DNA of 64,000 nt from an uncultured Planctomycetota bacterium (GTDB lineage: Bacteria > Planctomycetota > Planctomycetia > Pirellulales > Lacipirellulaceae): the NCBI GenBank assembly GCA_963719315.1, contig CAVRBU010000017.1, positions 64,001 through 128,000 on the forward strand. Direction: 5' to 3'. The notes below the pieces were generated by a model, which had not been told where the DNA came from, did no database searches, and worked only from the letters and a program-made list of their open reading frames with translations. Shown piece after piece: positions 18,123 to 27,838 of the stretch. A program made the translations under genes and the position numbers. Every line of letters starts with the position of its first letter. Positions within the stretch are counted from its first letter, which is position 1.

Positions 18123-18396
18123 CAAATCCTTCCATGTGCTTTGGATTGGTGCTCAAGTCGGTGGGACCATCAAAGCAACCCAAAATGCCCCGCTCGGAGA
18201 GCACATCAAACAGTGTCCTTCCTTGCGAGGCGTTGCCATTAGGTGCGGCGACAGGCGGTCGCAACAAAGCGGCGGGGGCTGTGTCGAGAAGGTTATCAAC
18301 TACCTCCGACCACTTCTTTCCCACGCTCTCGGCAAGCATCGCCAGGCGCATTCGCTGGTCGGGCGAAAGCTCAATTTGTGTGGGGTCGACCGTCAT
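18091..18396 (-). CDS. Putative antitoxin of the PIN toxin
   Basis: Small gene overlapping the vapC start; C-terminal GCFDGPTDLSTNPKHMEGFG motif. Confidence 0.75.
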   Translation of the reverse strand: MTVDPTQIELSPDQRMRLAMLAESVGKKWSEVVDNLLDTAPAALLRPPVAAPNGNASQGRTLFDVLSERGILGCFDGPTDLSTNPKHMEGFGESRHPKSPD

Positions 18397-18472
18397 AACA
18401 GCATTTTACCGCGCGGGCAAATCTGAAGCCAGCTTGGCCAGTGACCATCCAGGAACCGGCGTGAGCAAACGG

Positions 18473-19546
18473 CTAAAATAGCCGCAATTGGCCGCTCGTT
18501 GGGGTCGGTGGGTGAAAAGCTGCGGCGTTGAGTGGCGGGTGTTGTTTGGAGTAGCCAAGTTTTGTGCACCAGATGCGGAAAGTATCGGCGATCATTTCGG
18601 CCATGTTGCCTGTCCCGACTTGGCGGCGTCCGAATTGGGAGTCGTTGAGTCGGCCGCCGCGAGTGGAGCGAATGTGAGCTTGGACGCGGGCGGATTTGTC
18701 GGGGTAGTTGCGCTCCAGCCAGTCGAGAAACACTGGCCGAACCGTGCCGGAAAGTTTGAGCAGCACGTAGGCGGCGTGCGTGGCGCCGGCTTCGCGGGCA
18801 GCCTTCAAAACTGCGGGAATCTCATTGTCGTTGAGGCCGGGAATGATCGGCGCGATCATCACGTTCGTCGGGATGCCGGCTTGAGAGAGTTCACGAATTG
18901 CGCGAAGGCGGGCCTCGGGCGAGCTGGTCCGCGGCTCCATGACGCGGGCGAGTTTTGCATCGAGCGTGGTGATTGAGAGAGAGACCCGCACCGCGCGGTG
19001 GGCCGCCAGTTGCGATAGCAGATCGATGTCGCGGCACACGAGCGCGTTCTTCGTGATGATGCCGATCGGCTGATTGCATTCGGCCGCTACGGCGACGCAT
19101 GCGCGCGTGATACGGAACTCGCGCTCGGCTGGTTGGTAGCAATCGGTGACGCCGGAGAAAGCAATCGTCTCGGGCTCCCACTTGGGGCGGGCAAGGAATT
19201 CGCGGAAAAGCTCTGCGGCACGGTGCTTGACAAGAATCTTCGTTTCGAAGTCGAGGCCGGCGCTCATGCCGAGGTACTCGTGACCCGATCGGGCGTAACA
19301 ATAACTGCAGCCGTGCGCGCAGCCGCGATAGGGGTTCACACTGTAGCGGAAGCCGATGTCGGGGCTGTCGTTCTCGGCCACGATCGACTGTGAATCATCC
19401 GGCAGATACTGCGTCGGCGGCCGGCCGAGTGCGGCCAGGTACTCAACATCCTCCGCGACGTGCTCCCAATCGGCTTCGACGTACACGGGCAGATAGGGAT
19501 TGGCCGGCTGGATTGCCGCGCCGCGGCCTTTGATGAAACGTGCCAT
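18473..19546 (-). CDS. PA0069-family radical SAM protein (spore photoproduct lyase-like)
   Basis: NPYRGCAHGCSYCYAR CxxxCxxC, TDCYQPAE, C-terminal GQLRLF clamp-binding-like motif. Confidence 0.9.
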   Translation of the reverse strand: MARFIKGRGAAIQPANPYLPVYVEADWEHVAEDVEYLAALGRPPTQYLPDDSQSIVAENDSPDIGFRYSVNPYRGCAHGCSYCYARSGHEYLGMSAGLDFETKILVKHRAAELFREFLARPKWEPETIAFSGVTDCYQPAEREFRITRACVAVAAECNQPIGIITKNALVCRDIDLLSQLAAHRAVRVSLSITTLDAKLARVMEPRTSSPEARLRAIRELSQAGIPTNVMIAPIIPGLNDNEIPAVLKAAREAGATHAAYVLLKLSGTVRPVFLDWLERNYPDKSARVQAHIRSTRGGRLNDSQFGRRQVGTGNMAEMIADTFRIWCTKLGYSKQHPPLNAAAFHPPTPTSGQLRLF

Positions 19547-19578
19547 GAGTGATAGTATACATTTTTACACTATTCGAT

Positions 19579-20706
19579 TCAACGTCCAATGTTGTTGGCG
19601 ATTTTGCGGCCGGTGGTGCTGAGGGGCAGCTTGGTGAGCAGCGAGAGCGGTAGCCACTTGACCGCGGCATTGGTTCTGGTGCGGACGCGGCCTGAAACGA
19701 AGGTAGCTTCGTAGCAATCGAGCGTGATACGGAAACGCGTGACACCGTGCTTTATGGTTTTCACAAGTGCGCCGGGCGCGCAGTGGATGCCGGTTTGAGC
19801 TTCGACTTTGGAGGCAATTTCGCGTTGGGCGAACAGCGGGCCGCTGGCTTCCAGTTCAAACCGCGGAAAATCCCACAGCCCGGCCCAGCGTTCGTTCTCG
19901 CCACATTGCCGCATGAGAACGCTGTCGTTTTTGCGAACGACGACGGCTGCTTCGCGTAGTTCGGTAAAAATTGGCCGCGGTTTTGCGAGCGGAATTAATT
20001 GTTGCAGCCCGGCAGCGTTGGCGGCGCAAGAAGTTGCCAGTGGGCACTCGTCGCACTTCGGTTGTGTTGGCGTGCAGATGAGCGAACCTAGTTCCATGAG
20101 GGCCTGATTGAACTTAGCGCAGTCTTTTTTGGGCAAAATATCCTCGGCGACTTGCCATAGGATGCGCTGCCCGGCCGCTGAAGCGGCCTCGCCAGGGTAT
20201 GCGATGAGTCGGCTGAGGAGGCGAATGGTGTTGGCTTCGAGGATGGCGGCCCGTTTGTCGAACGCGATCGATGCGATAGCGCCGGCCGTGTAGCGGCCGA
20301 TGCCGGGCAGCGTTTGCAACTCACTTGGTTCTTGCGGAAATTCGCCGCCGTAGTGCTCGACGACCTGTTGGGCGGCGGCGTGCAGTTGCCGGGCGCGGCG
20401 GTAATAGCCGAGGCCTTCCCATAGTCGCAGGACGTCGGTTTCATCGGCCGCCGCCAGCCGGTGCACGTCGGGGAACGCTGTGGTGAACCGCGTGAAGTAT
20501 TCGCGAACCGTGGCCACCTGCGTTTGTTGGAGCATGATTTCGCTGACCCACACGCGGTATGGGTCGCGCGATTCGCGCCAGGGCAAATCGCGGGCGTGCC
20601 GGGCGTACCACGCCAAGAGTTGGCGACGGAGGGATTGCTTCTGAGCGGAGGAGAAATACGCCGTCTGGTGTTGCGCTGTTCGTTTGCGATCCGTCGCGGT
20701 GCTCAT
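19579..20706 (-). CDS. mutY: A/G-specific adenine glycosylase
   Basis: RDLPWR, WVSEIMLQQTQV, WEGLGYY, HhH LPGIGRYTAG, Fe-S C-x6-C-x2-C-x5-C, NUDIX-like C-terminus. Confidence 0.95.
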   Translation of the reverse strand: MSTATDRKRTAQHQTAYFSSAQKQSLRRQLLAWYARHARDLPWRESRDPYRVWVSEIMLQQTQVATVREYFTRFTTAFPDVHRLAAADETDVLRLWEGLGYYRRARQLHAAAQQVVEHYGGEFPQEPSELQTLPGIGRYTAGAIASIAFDKRAAILEANTIRLLSRLIAYPGEAASAAGQRILWQVAEDILPKKDCAKFNQALMELGSLICTPTQPKCDECPLATSCAANAAGLQQLIPLAKPRPIFTELREAAVVVRKNDSVLMRQCGENERWAGLWDFPRFELEASGPLFAQREIASKVEAQTGIHCAPGALVKTIKHGVTRFRITLDCYEATFVSGRVRTRTNAAVKWLPLSLLTKLPLSTTGRKIANNIGR

Positions 20707-20718
20707 TTTTGGAATATA

Positions 20719-20785
20719 TCACGCAGAGGCGCGGAGGGGTTGCAGCTAGGCTCCCTCTCTCCGCGACCTCTGCGCCTCTGCGTGA
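20719..20785. repeat. 9-nt-unit hairpin (CGCAGAGG type)
   Basis: tcacgcagaggcgcggag ... ctccgcgacctctgcgcctctgcgtga. Confidence 0.75.
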
Positions 20786-20958
20786 GACTGCATTGGCGAT
20801 ATCGTTACCAATTGCGATGTGCTACCTGCAGCCGCAGACGGGCAATTCGAGCACGACCCACAGCCGCCGCCCTTCCGTTGCGCAACCTGTCGCCAGGCGC
20901 GGCGGGCCAGAAATGCTGCGGCTCCGAGGGAGATCAAGATGGCTAAAGTGTCTTGCAA
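20746..20958 (-). CDS. FeoB-associated Cys-rich membrane protein
   Basis: One TM helix then KGGGCGSCSNC, directly after feoB; TTG start is inferred. Confidence 0.65.
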   Translation of the reverse strand: MQDTLAILISLGAAAFLARRAWRQVAQRKGGGCGSCSNCPSAAAGSTSQLVTISPMQSHAEAQRSRREGA

Positions 20959-20975
20959 GGGGAAGGTGTCAGGTG

Positions 20976-23186
20976 TCAGGTGAAGATCCGACTGCCGATT
21001 TGGTAGGTTAGGAATGCGCCGATGTATGCCAGCGTCGTCATGTATGCGAATGTGAATATCGGCCAGCGCCAACTGTTTGTTTCGCGGCGGATCACGGCGA
21101 GCGTTGCCGCGCATTGGGCACAGAGCGCGAAAAAGACCATGATCGAAAGCGCCACAGGTAAATTATAGACCGGCTTGCCTGTGTCGTCCCACCGGGCGGA
21201 TCGCAATTGGGTTTGCAGGCGGTGCCGATCGCTTTCGGACCCGACATCCACGTCGTTCCCCAAATTGTAAATCACGCCCAGCGCGCCCATCACGACCTCG
21301 CGGGCCGGAAACGAAGCTATCGCCGCGCAGCCGATCCGCCAATCCCAACCGAGCGGCCGCACGGCGGGCTCGATCCACTGCCCGGCGCGGCCCAAGAAGC
21401 TGTAGCGCTGGTGCAAGCTGGCGGTGAGATGATCGAGATTCTCCGGCGCGTTGAATTCGGCGAGCGTCGCAGCGTCGCTTTGCGCTGCCGCCCGTTTGGT
21501 CGCGATATCGTTCGCCACTTGATCCTCGCTCCTTGGATAGTACGACAGCGCCCATACTACAATCGTGACCGCGAAAATCACGGTACCGGCGCGGGCCAGG
21601 AATGCCCAACCCCGCTCGGCCATCCGGAACGCGACCGTTCGCAACGAGGGCATTTTGTACGACGGCAGCTCCATCACGAATGGCGGCGTGGCACCGCGCA
21701 ATAAACTGTTCTTCAGCACCCAGGCCACGCCGACCGCCACGATTGCCCCCACCGCATACATGCCGAGCAGCACGAGTCCCTGGAGCCCTACGATCCCGCC
21801 CAAATAATGCGTGGCCGGCACGAACGCGCCGATCAGGATCACGTACACCGGCAGGCGGGCCGAGCAACTCATTAGCGGGGCGATGAGGATCGTGGCCAGC
21901 CGATCGCGGCGATTTTCGATGACCCGCGTGGCCATGATGCCGGGCACCGCGCAGGCGAACGACGACAGGAGCGGAATGAAACTTTTGCCGCTGAGGCCGA
22001 CCCCGGCCATGAGTCGATCCATCAAGAACGCGGCCCGAGCCATATAACCGCAATCTTCCAATACCGCAATGAACAAGAACAGAATGAGAATCTGCGGCAA
22101 GAACACGACCACCGCTCCCACGCCGCCGATCACGCCGTCGACGATCAGCGACTGTAGCGCGCCGTCCGGCAGAAGGTTTTTCACGAAATCGGCGAACGCG
22201 CCGACGCCCGCATCGATCAGGTTCATGAACGGCACGGCGAGTACGAAGATCGACGAGAACAGCACCGCCATCGTGGCGATGAAGATCAGCGTGCCCCACA
22301 CTTTGTGCGTGAGCACGGCATCCAGGCGATCGGAAGTCGTTGGTTGGTGGTTGTCGGGGCGGCGAGCGATGCCGTCGAGCATACGTGCGACCCAATCGTA
22401 GCGGGCCATCGCCTCGACCGCCGGGACCGGAAAGCCGGCGGCGGCGAGCGATTCGCGGGCCGCTCGCAACTTTTGTGAGCCGGCCGCGGCGGCGCCGTTG
22501 AGCAACTGGCTTTCCAAGTAGCCGTCGCCGTCCAAGAGCAATCGTTCGACCAGAAAGTGGGGTACCGGCTGGGCGGAGTTCTCGTTCAACCACTCGGCCA
22601 CGTCGATCGCATGCTGCTGAAACGAAGCGGGGAAGGGGTTCTCGCGCTGTTTTGTGCCGCCAGTCGCTGCTTCGGCCAGCGCGGCTTGAAGTGTTTCGAG
22701 ACCGACGCGGCGATTCGCCTGGACCGCGACCACGGGCACGCCGAGACGCTGCGCAAGCGCATCGACATCGATTTCAACCTGCCGGTCGTGGGCGAGGTCC
22801 ACCATATTGAGCGCGACCACCGTCGGCAGACCCAGCGAAAATACCTGGCTCACCAGGTACATATTCCGCTCCAGATTGCTCGCGTCGACGATGGAGAGCA
22901 CCACATCGGGCGGCCCAGCGTCGTCGCGCCGGCCCAGCAGTACATCGACCGTCACCATTTCGTCGGGTGAACGAGGCGCAAGGCTGTACGTGCCGGGCAG
23001 ATCGATCAGCTCGAACACCTGCCCGCCATGCCGCATCGTGCCGGTTTTCTTCTCAACCGTGACGCCCGGGTAGTTGCCCACGCGCTGCCGCACACCGGCG
23101 AGCGCGGTGAATAGCGTCGACTTACCCGTGTTGGGATTCCCCACCAGGGCAACGCGAATCGTTTTAGTTGGGGCTACGGAAGACAT
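20976..23186 (-). CDS. feoB: Ferrous iron transporter B
   Basis: GNPNTGKS, GNYPGVTVE, DLPGTYSL, NMVD; EDCGYMARAA, MSCSARLPVY. Confidence 0.97.
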   Translation of the reverse strand: MSSVAPTKTIRVALVGNPNTGKSTLFTALAGVRQRVGNYPGVTVEKKTGTMRHGGQVFELIDLPGTYSLAPRSPDEMVTVDVLLGRRDDAGPPDVVLSIVDASNLERNMYLVSQVFSLGLPTVVALNMVDLAHDRQVEIDVDALAQRLGVPVVAVQANRRVGLETLQAALAEAATGGTKQRENPFPASFQQHAIDVAEWLNENSAQPVPHFLVERLLLDGDGYLESQLLNGAAAAGSQKLRAARESLAAAGFPVPAVEAMARYDWVARMLDGIARRPDNHQPTTSDRLDAVLTHKVWGTLIFIATMAVLFSSIFVLAVPFMNLIDAGVGAFADFVKNLLPDGALQSLIVDGVIGGVGAVVVFLPQILILFLFIAVLEDCGYMARAAFLMDRLMAGVGLSGKSFIPLLSSFACAVPGIMATRVIENRRDRLATILIAPLMSCSARLPVYVILIGAFVPATHYLGGIVGLQGLVLLGMYAVGAIVAVGVAWVLKNSLLRGATPPFVMELPSYKMPSLRTVAFRMAERGWAFLARAGTVIFAVTIVVWALSYYPRSEDQVANDIATKRAAAQSDAATLAEFNAPENLDHLTASLHQRYSFLGRAGQWIEPAVRPLGWDWRIGCAAIASFPAREVVMGALGVIYNLGNDVDVGSESDRHRLQTQLRSARWDDTGKPVYNLPVALSIMVFFALCAQCAATLAVIRRETNSWRWPIFTFAYMTTLAYIGAFLTYQIGSRIFT

Positions 23187-23203
23187 GCGGATATGTATTA
23201 GAA

Positions 23204-23285
23204 GGATGCAGGAAGCGGGATGCGGGGGACAGGGATCGAATTAGAATGCCTTTACCCTTCCCCCTGCATCCCGCATCTTGCATCC
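23204..23285. repeat. Heptamer-unit (GGATGCA/G) hairpin overlapping the feoA 3' end
   Basis: ggatgcaggaagcgggatgcggggga ... tccccctgcatcccgcatcttgcatcc. Confidence 0.75.
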
Positions 23286-23515
23286 TCGATTGAATCAATC
23301 TCAATGTGCTGTGCCTCGCTTTTCCGCAGGCTGAGTCGGTAGCCTCGCAACTCGAACTCGAGCGGGTCGCCGAGCGGCGCGGTGCCGATGCGGCGAATCA
23401 CTACGTCGGGGGTCACGCCCATTTCCAAGATGCGACGGCTGATCTCGTCCGACCCGACGACGCGTACCACTCGTCCGCCTTGGCCGACCTCGAGCTCGGC
23501 CGCCACGCGCGTCAT
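23252..23515 (-). CDS. feoA: FeoA protein
   Basis: RRILEMG, APLGDPLEFELRGYRLSLRKSEA. Confidence 0.93.
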   Translation of the reverse strand: MTRVAAELEVGQGGRVVRVVGSDEISRRILEMGVTPDVVIRRIGTAPLGDPLEFELRGYRLSLRKSEAQHIEIDSIEDARCGMQGEG

Positions 23516-23748
23516 GCCGTTTTCCTTGTGCGGACCAGCACGCGGAGCGAATCGTCATCGCGGAAGCAGAATTTGCAACCCTCGACGCGGATGATGCACG
23601 GCGCGCCGCAGCGCACCATTTCCAAGCGGGCGCCGGTCCGCAGTCCCAGCTCTTCGAGCCGGCGCACCTGGTCGGGCGCTCCGAGAAGCTGGCCGATCTC
23701 CGCGATCTGGCCGCAGTGAAGGACGGTAAGTGGCAGCAGTTCGGGCAT
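23512..23748 (-). CDS. feoA: Second FeoA-family protein
   Basis: RRLEELGLRTG, PCIIRVEG; ATGA overlap with the next feoA. Confidence 0.85.
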   Translation of the reverse strand: MPELLPLTVLHCGQIAEIGQLLGAPDQVRRLEELGLRTGARLEMVRCGAPCIIRVEGCKFCFRDDDSLRVLVRTRKTA

Positions 23749-23778
23749 TGACGAGCCCAAAAATCGCAGGTGATTGTT

Positions 23779-23795
23779 TTGAGAACGATTCTCAA
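23779..23795. promoter_or_regulatory. Fur-box-like operator of the feo operon
   Basis: TTGAGAACGATTCTCAA, a 7-1-7 palindrome resembling TGATAATnATTATCA, ~30 bp upstream of feoA. Confidence 0.7.
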
Positions 23796-23949
23796 TAACT
23801 CTAATCGACTGATTGTAGAGCGAAGCCGCTGCTTTTTCAATCGGTTTTCTGTGAAAAAAGCCGCCTCCTCGAATGGGAGCGCAGAGAAAGGCAAAAAAAG
23901 CGGCCGTATCCCAGTGAAAACTGATGGAATAGGGCGAGCGAGGCGGTTT

Positions 23950-25454
23950 TTAGGCCGCTGCTTTCAAGGCCGCCACTATGTCCACGACGGCCTTTTTGCC
24001 GTCTTCGAACAGCATGATGGTGTTGTCGGCGGCGAACAGGGGGTTCGGGATGCCGGCAAAGCCCGGACTGAGACTCCGTTTCACCACCACTACCGTATGT
24101 GCATCTCCCACATTCAAGATTGGCATCCCGGCGATCGGGCTTTGCGGATCGGTGTTGGCGAGCGGATTCACGACGTCGTTTGCGCCGATCACGATTACCA
24201 CGTCCGTCTGGCCGAAGCTCGGGTTGATCTCGTCCATCTCCTTGAGTTTGTCGTAGGGAATGTCGGCCTCGGCCAGGAGCACGTTCATGTGTCCCGGCAT
24301 CCGGCCGGCGACCGGATGAATCGCGAACTCGACATCGGTGCCGCGGGCTTCGAGCATCAGGAATAATTCGCGGACGGCGTGCTGCGCCTGCGCCACGGCC
24401 ATGCCGTAGCCGGGCACGACGACCACGCGGCGAACGCCGTCGAGGAGCATGGCGACTTCTTCCGCCGATGTGGCCTTCACTTTGCCGCCGTAGACTTCGT
24501 CGGCCGATGCGATATCGCCCGCAGCTCCGAATGTTCCAAAGAGGACGCTGAGCAGCGAGCGGTTCATTGCGCGGCACATGATCGCGCTCAGAATGATGCC
24601 GGACGCGCCGACCAGAGATCCGGAAATGATGAGTACCGTGTTACTGATGACGAACCCGGCGGCGGCGGCGGCGAGGCCCGAATAGGAATTCAACAGCGCG
24701 ATCACCACGGGCATATCTGCCCCGCCGATCGGGACCACCAGCAGAACGCCCAGCACGCCGGCCAACAGCACGATGAGAAAGTACGGCCAACCGCTGCCGC
24801 TCAACATGACGACGGCCAGCAGCAGGCACGCGACAACAAGCAAGGCATTGACCACTTGCACGCCCGGAAAACTCCAGGGCTTGCGAAACATTTTCAGTTC
24901 TTGCAACTTGCCGGCGGCCACCATCGAGCCCGTGAATGTGACGGCGCCAATCAACCCGGTGAGAGCGGCCGCAATGGTAGCGACGCGTGGATCGACTCGA
25001 CTCGCCAAGGCTTGAAGCATTTTTTGAACTTGCGCCTATCGCCTTGCAGCGTGACGCGCGTCAAATCAGGTGGTGACGAACCTTTGAGCGCCTCGACGCC
25101 GGCCACGAGCAGCGAGGCCAGCCCGCCGAAGCCATTGAACAGCGCGACGAATTGCGGCATTTGCGTCATTTGGACCTTCAAGGCCATGAACAATCCGATT
25201 GCTCCGCCGATCGTCATGCCGATCGCGGCCACGCCGATCGGCAGGATGTTCAGGTGCAGGATCGTCACCACGATTGCCAGCAACATTCCGAGCGCACCGA
25301 GCAAATTGCCGCGTACGGCCGTGCGGGGGTGGGTCATGCCCTTCATGCCGTAGATGAACAACACGGCGGCGACAAGATACATGAGATTCGCGAGCGGGCC
25401 GACTTCGGCCGCATTCGTCAGGGAGTCGCGAAGATGGTCCAGAGCAGGCGGCAT
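23950..25454 (-). CDS. pntB: NAD(P) transhydrogenase beta subunit, frameshifted near 25020
   Basis: TAVRGN and MTQMPQFVALFNGFGG in one frame; TFTGS, IGGADMPVV, PGYGMAVAQAQ, HPVAGRMPGHMN in the next; junction at an A6 run. Confidence 0.9.
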
Positions 25455-25460
25455 CGTCGA

Positions 25461-25739
25461 TCAACCTTTCTTGCGGAACATGGCCAGCATGCGATGCGTG
25501 ACGACGAATCCGCCAACAACGTTAATCATGGCAAACACGATGGCGATGAAGCCGAGCGAGCCGCCCAGCCAGCCGGCCCCGCTGCGGACCGCGAGAATTG
25601 CGCCCACGATCGTGATGCCGCTAATGGCATTCGAGCCGCTCATCAGCGGCGTATGCAGCGTTGGCGGCACCTTGGTGATGATTTCGAAGCCGACAAAAAG
25701 TGCCAGCGTAAACACAGTAATGGCGATGATGATATCCAT
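25461..25739 (-). CDS. pntA: NAD(P) transhydrogenase alpha-2 (membrane) subunit
   Basis: KVPPTLHTPLMSGSNAISG, NVVGGFVVTHRMLAMF. Confidence 0.93.
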   Translation of the reverse strand: MDIIIAITVFTLALFVGFEIITKVPPTLHTPLMSGSNAISGITIVGAILAVRSGAGWLGGSLGFIAIVFAMINVVGGFVVTHRMLAMFRKKG

Positions 25740-25913
25740 AGGGGATCGATGGCGACGAGGACGGAGGTGGGAAGTGACGAATGCGCGGCGTCGGCCGGAT
25801 GTTGTACCTTGCGCTTGGGTCTGGACGCAAGCACTGGGCCGTTGGCTCTAGAAGGAATTGCGTGGAGCAGTGCTGCCACTGGGCTCCGCCCGTTCCAAGC
25901 GCGCAATGCCTAG

Positions 25914-26039
25914 TGCTTTGTCACAGCTAAAAATTGGGGTTGGGCGTATCAGCCGCAGGGCGCTAGCCCCCGGTTTGTGCCGCTCCAACCGGGGGCTAGC
26001 GCCCCGCGGCTAATCCCAAAATCAAGCTGCGACAAAGCA
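25914..26039. mobile_element. 126-bp MITE-like element flanked by CTAG and containing a REP hairpin
   Basis: Ends tgctttgtcacagctaaaaattggg / cccaaaatcaagctgcgacaaagca; CTAG at 25910-25913 and 26040-26043; inner hairpin 25948-26014. Confidence 0.65.
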
Positions 26040-26099
26040 CTAGAATCCACTGGCAGAGCCAGTGGCACACCGATGAAGCCGGAACCCTCAGAATGCCGA

Positions 26100-26504
26100 C
26101 TACCGCTTGGAGAACTGCGTGCCGCGGCGGGCGCCGTGGAGACCGGGCTTTTTGCGTTCTTTCATGCGGGCATCGCGCGTGAGGAAGCTCTTTTCGCGGA
26201 GCTTGGCGTCCAGATCGCTGTCGTACTTCATCAGCGCCCGGGCAATGCCTTGCATGCAAGCGCCGGCCTGGCCGGTGCTGCCGCCGCCGTGGACGCGGAT
26301 GACCACATCCACGCTCGCGCGCACGCCGGTATGTTCGAGCGCCGAGACGACGGCGTTGCGATCCTGCGGGATCTTGAAAAACTCTTCGAGCGACCGCTCG
26401 TTGATCGTGAGCTTGCCGTTGCCGGCGCGAATTCGCACGCGGGCGACCGAAGTTTTGCGGCGGCCGGTTCCCAGGGCGTCGATGACTTTTTCTGCGGTGG
26501 GCAT
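26100..26504 (-). CDS. rpsI: 30S ribosomal protein S9
   Basis: GTGRRKTSVARV, GGGSTGQAGA, ERKKPGLHGARRGTQFSKR. Confidence 0.98.
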   Translation of the reverse strand: MPTAEKVIDALGTGRRKTSVARVRIRAGNGKLTINERSLEEFFKIPQDRNAVVSALEHTGVRASVDVVIRVHGGGSTGQAGACMQGIARALMKYDSDLDAKLREKSFLTRDARMKERKKPGLHGARRGTQFSKR

Positions 26505-26533
26505 GGGGAAGGGTTCAGGGTTCGGGTGTAAGT

Positions 26534-26616
26534 GTAGGGTGGGTCGAGTCTGCGAGACCCACCAAATTGCGTTGTCTTTTTGTCATGGTGTGTCTCGCGG
26601 ACTCGACACACCCTAC
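26534..26616. repeat. GTAG-type REPIN
   Basis: gtagggtgggtcgagtctgcgagacccacc ... ggtgtgtctcgcggactcgacacaccctac. Confidence 0.85.
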
Positions 26617-26632
26617 GTTTACTAAGAGAGGA

Positions 26633-26716
26633 GATTTGTCATTGGTAATTTGTCATTTGAAATTGGCCAATTCTGATATCGCCCAATGACAAATTACCAA
26701 TTTGCAATGACCAATC
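26633..26716. repeat. Heptamer-unit (GTCATTG / CAATGAC) hairpin
   Basis: gatttgtcattggtaatttgtcatt ... caatgacaaattaccaatttgcaatgaccaatc. Confidence 0.8.
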
Positions 26717-26736
26717 GAATTGTTTTTTTGTGGGTA

Positions 26737-27171
26737 TTACTTCGCCGCCAGTTCTAACGTGGCTGGTTGCTGTGCTTGATGGGGGTGCTCGGCGCCGGCG
26801 TAGATTTTGAGCTTGGTGATCATTTTGAACGCGAGCTTGTTCTTGGGCAACATGCGGCGCACGGCCTCGTACAAGATCAACTCGGGCTTGCGCTCCAACC
26901 GCCTTTGGGCCGAAACGGTCCGCTGGCCTGGGTAGCCGGTGTACCAGGCGTACTCTTTTTGGTCCCACTTCTGGCCACTGAACTTCACCTTCTCGGCGTT
27001 GGTGACGACGACGTAGTCGCCCGTATCGACATGCGGCGTGTATTGCGGGCGATGCTTGCCCATCAGCAGCACGGCGATCCGGCTGGCGAGCCGGCCGACG
27101 ACCTGGTCGGTGGCATCAATGATGTGCCACTTTTGCTCGACTTCGCCGGGCTTGGCCATGTAAGTTTTCAT
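26737..27171 (-). CDS. rplM: 50S ribosomal protein L13
   Basis: [40 protein letters not shown]. Confidence 0.98.
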   Translation of the reverse strand: MKTYMAKPGEVEQKWHIIDATDQVVGRLASRIAVLLMGKHRPQYTPHVDTGDYVVVTNAEKVKFSGQKWDQKEYAWYTGYPGQRTVSAQRRLERKPELILYEAVRRMLPKNKLAFKMITKLKIYAGAEHPHQAQQPATLELAAK

Positions 27172-27314
27172 GATTCGTATTCCGCCACCAAAAAGCAACA
27201 AAATATGGGAATCTGACAGTTTACCGCAGGCCGAAAGGGGCTACAAGGGCGGGAAATAGGGGGTAGTGGTAGAGTTTCAAGGCCGGCGAATCACGTCCTG
27301 GACTTGCTCCAACG

Positions 27315-27791
27315 CTAGGCACTTTCCGCGTATCTATCCGCCTCATGTTCCCAGCGATCATGCTCAGCATGAAGCCAGTCATAAAACTGCTCGTCCAATG
27401 CGGTAAATGGGTCCCACTCCTGGCGGGCACGGCCATTTGCCACTGGAAGGAGCTTCAGACGATCGAATCGCTCACGTGGGTATGAAGAGCCAAAGAAGTT
27501 CATGGCCTCGGCCAATATTACCGACCACACGTCAAGTCCAATCGCCTCAAATCCTCGCCGAGCCTCAGGCGCCAGCAACCCGGTCATGTTGTAGAAGAAT
27601 TGGTGCAGCCCGCCATTGCAAACCTCAGATTGACACCAGTGAGCGGCATAAAGATGCCCAACCTTAAGAGGTGTCGCTTCAAACTGCCGGACAAATTCAG
27701 ATGCTCCTTGATCCCAACTGCGGTTCAGAGGTAACCAAACCGGTTCGATCAAAGACCAATAGCTAACGCCGGGCGGATTCGAATTAGACAT
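27315..27791 (-). CDS. DUF4375 / DMP19-like protein
   Basis: SEVCNGGLHQFFYN motif and C-terminal LDEQFY; visibly lower GC. Confidence 0.7.
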   Translation of the reverse strand: MSNSNPPGVSYWSLIEPVWLPLNRSWDQGASEFVRQFEATPLKVGHLYAAHWCQSEVCNGGLHQFFYNMTGLLAPEARRGFEAIGLDVWSVILAEAMNFFGSSYPRERFDRLKLLPVANGRARQEWDPFTALDEQFYDWLHAEHDRWEHEADRYAESA

Positions 27792-27838
27792 GAGGAAGTC
27801 CTAGAAATGTTATTCTAGCCGCGTGTGTACGAAAACCA

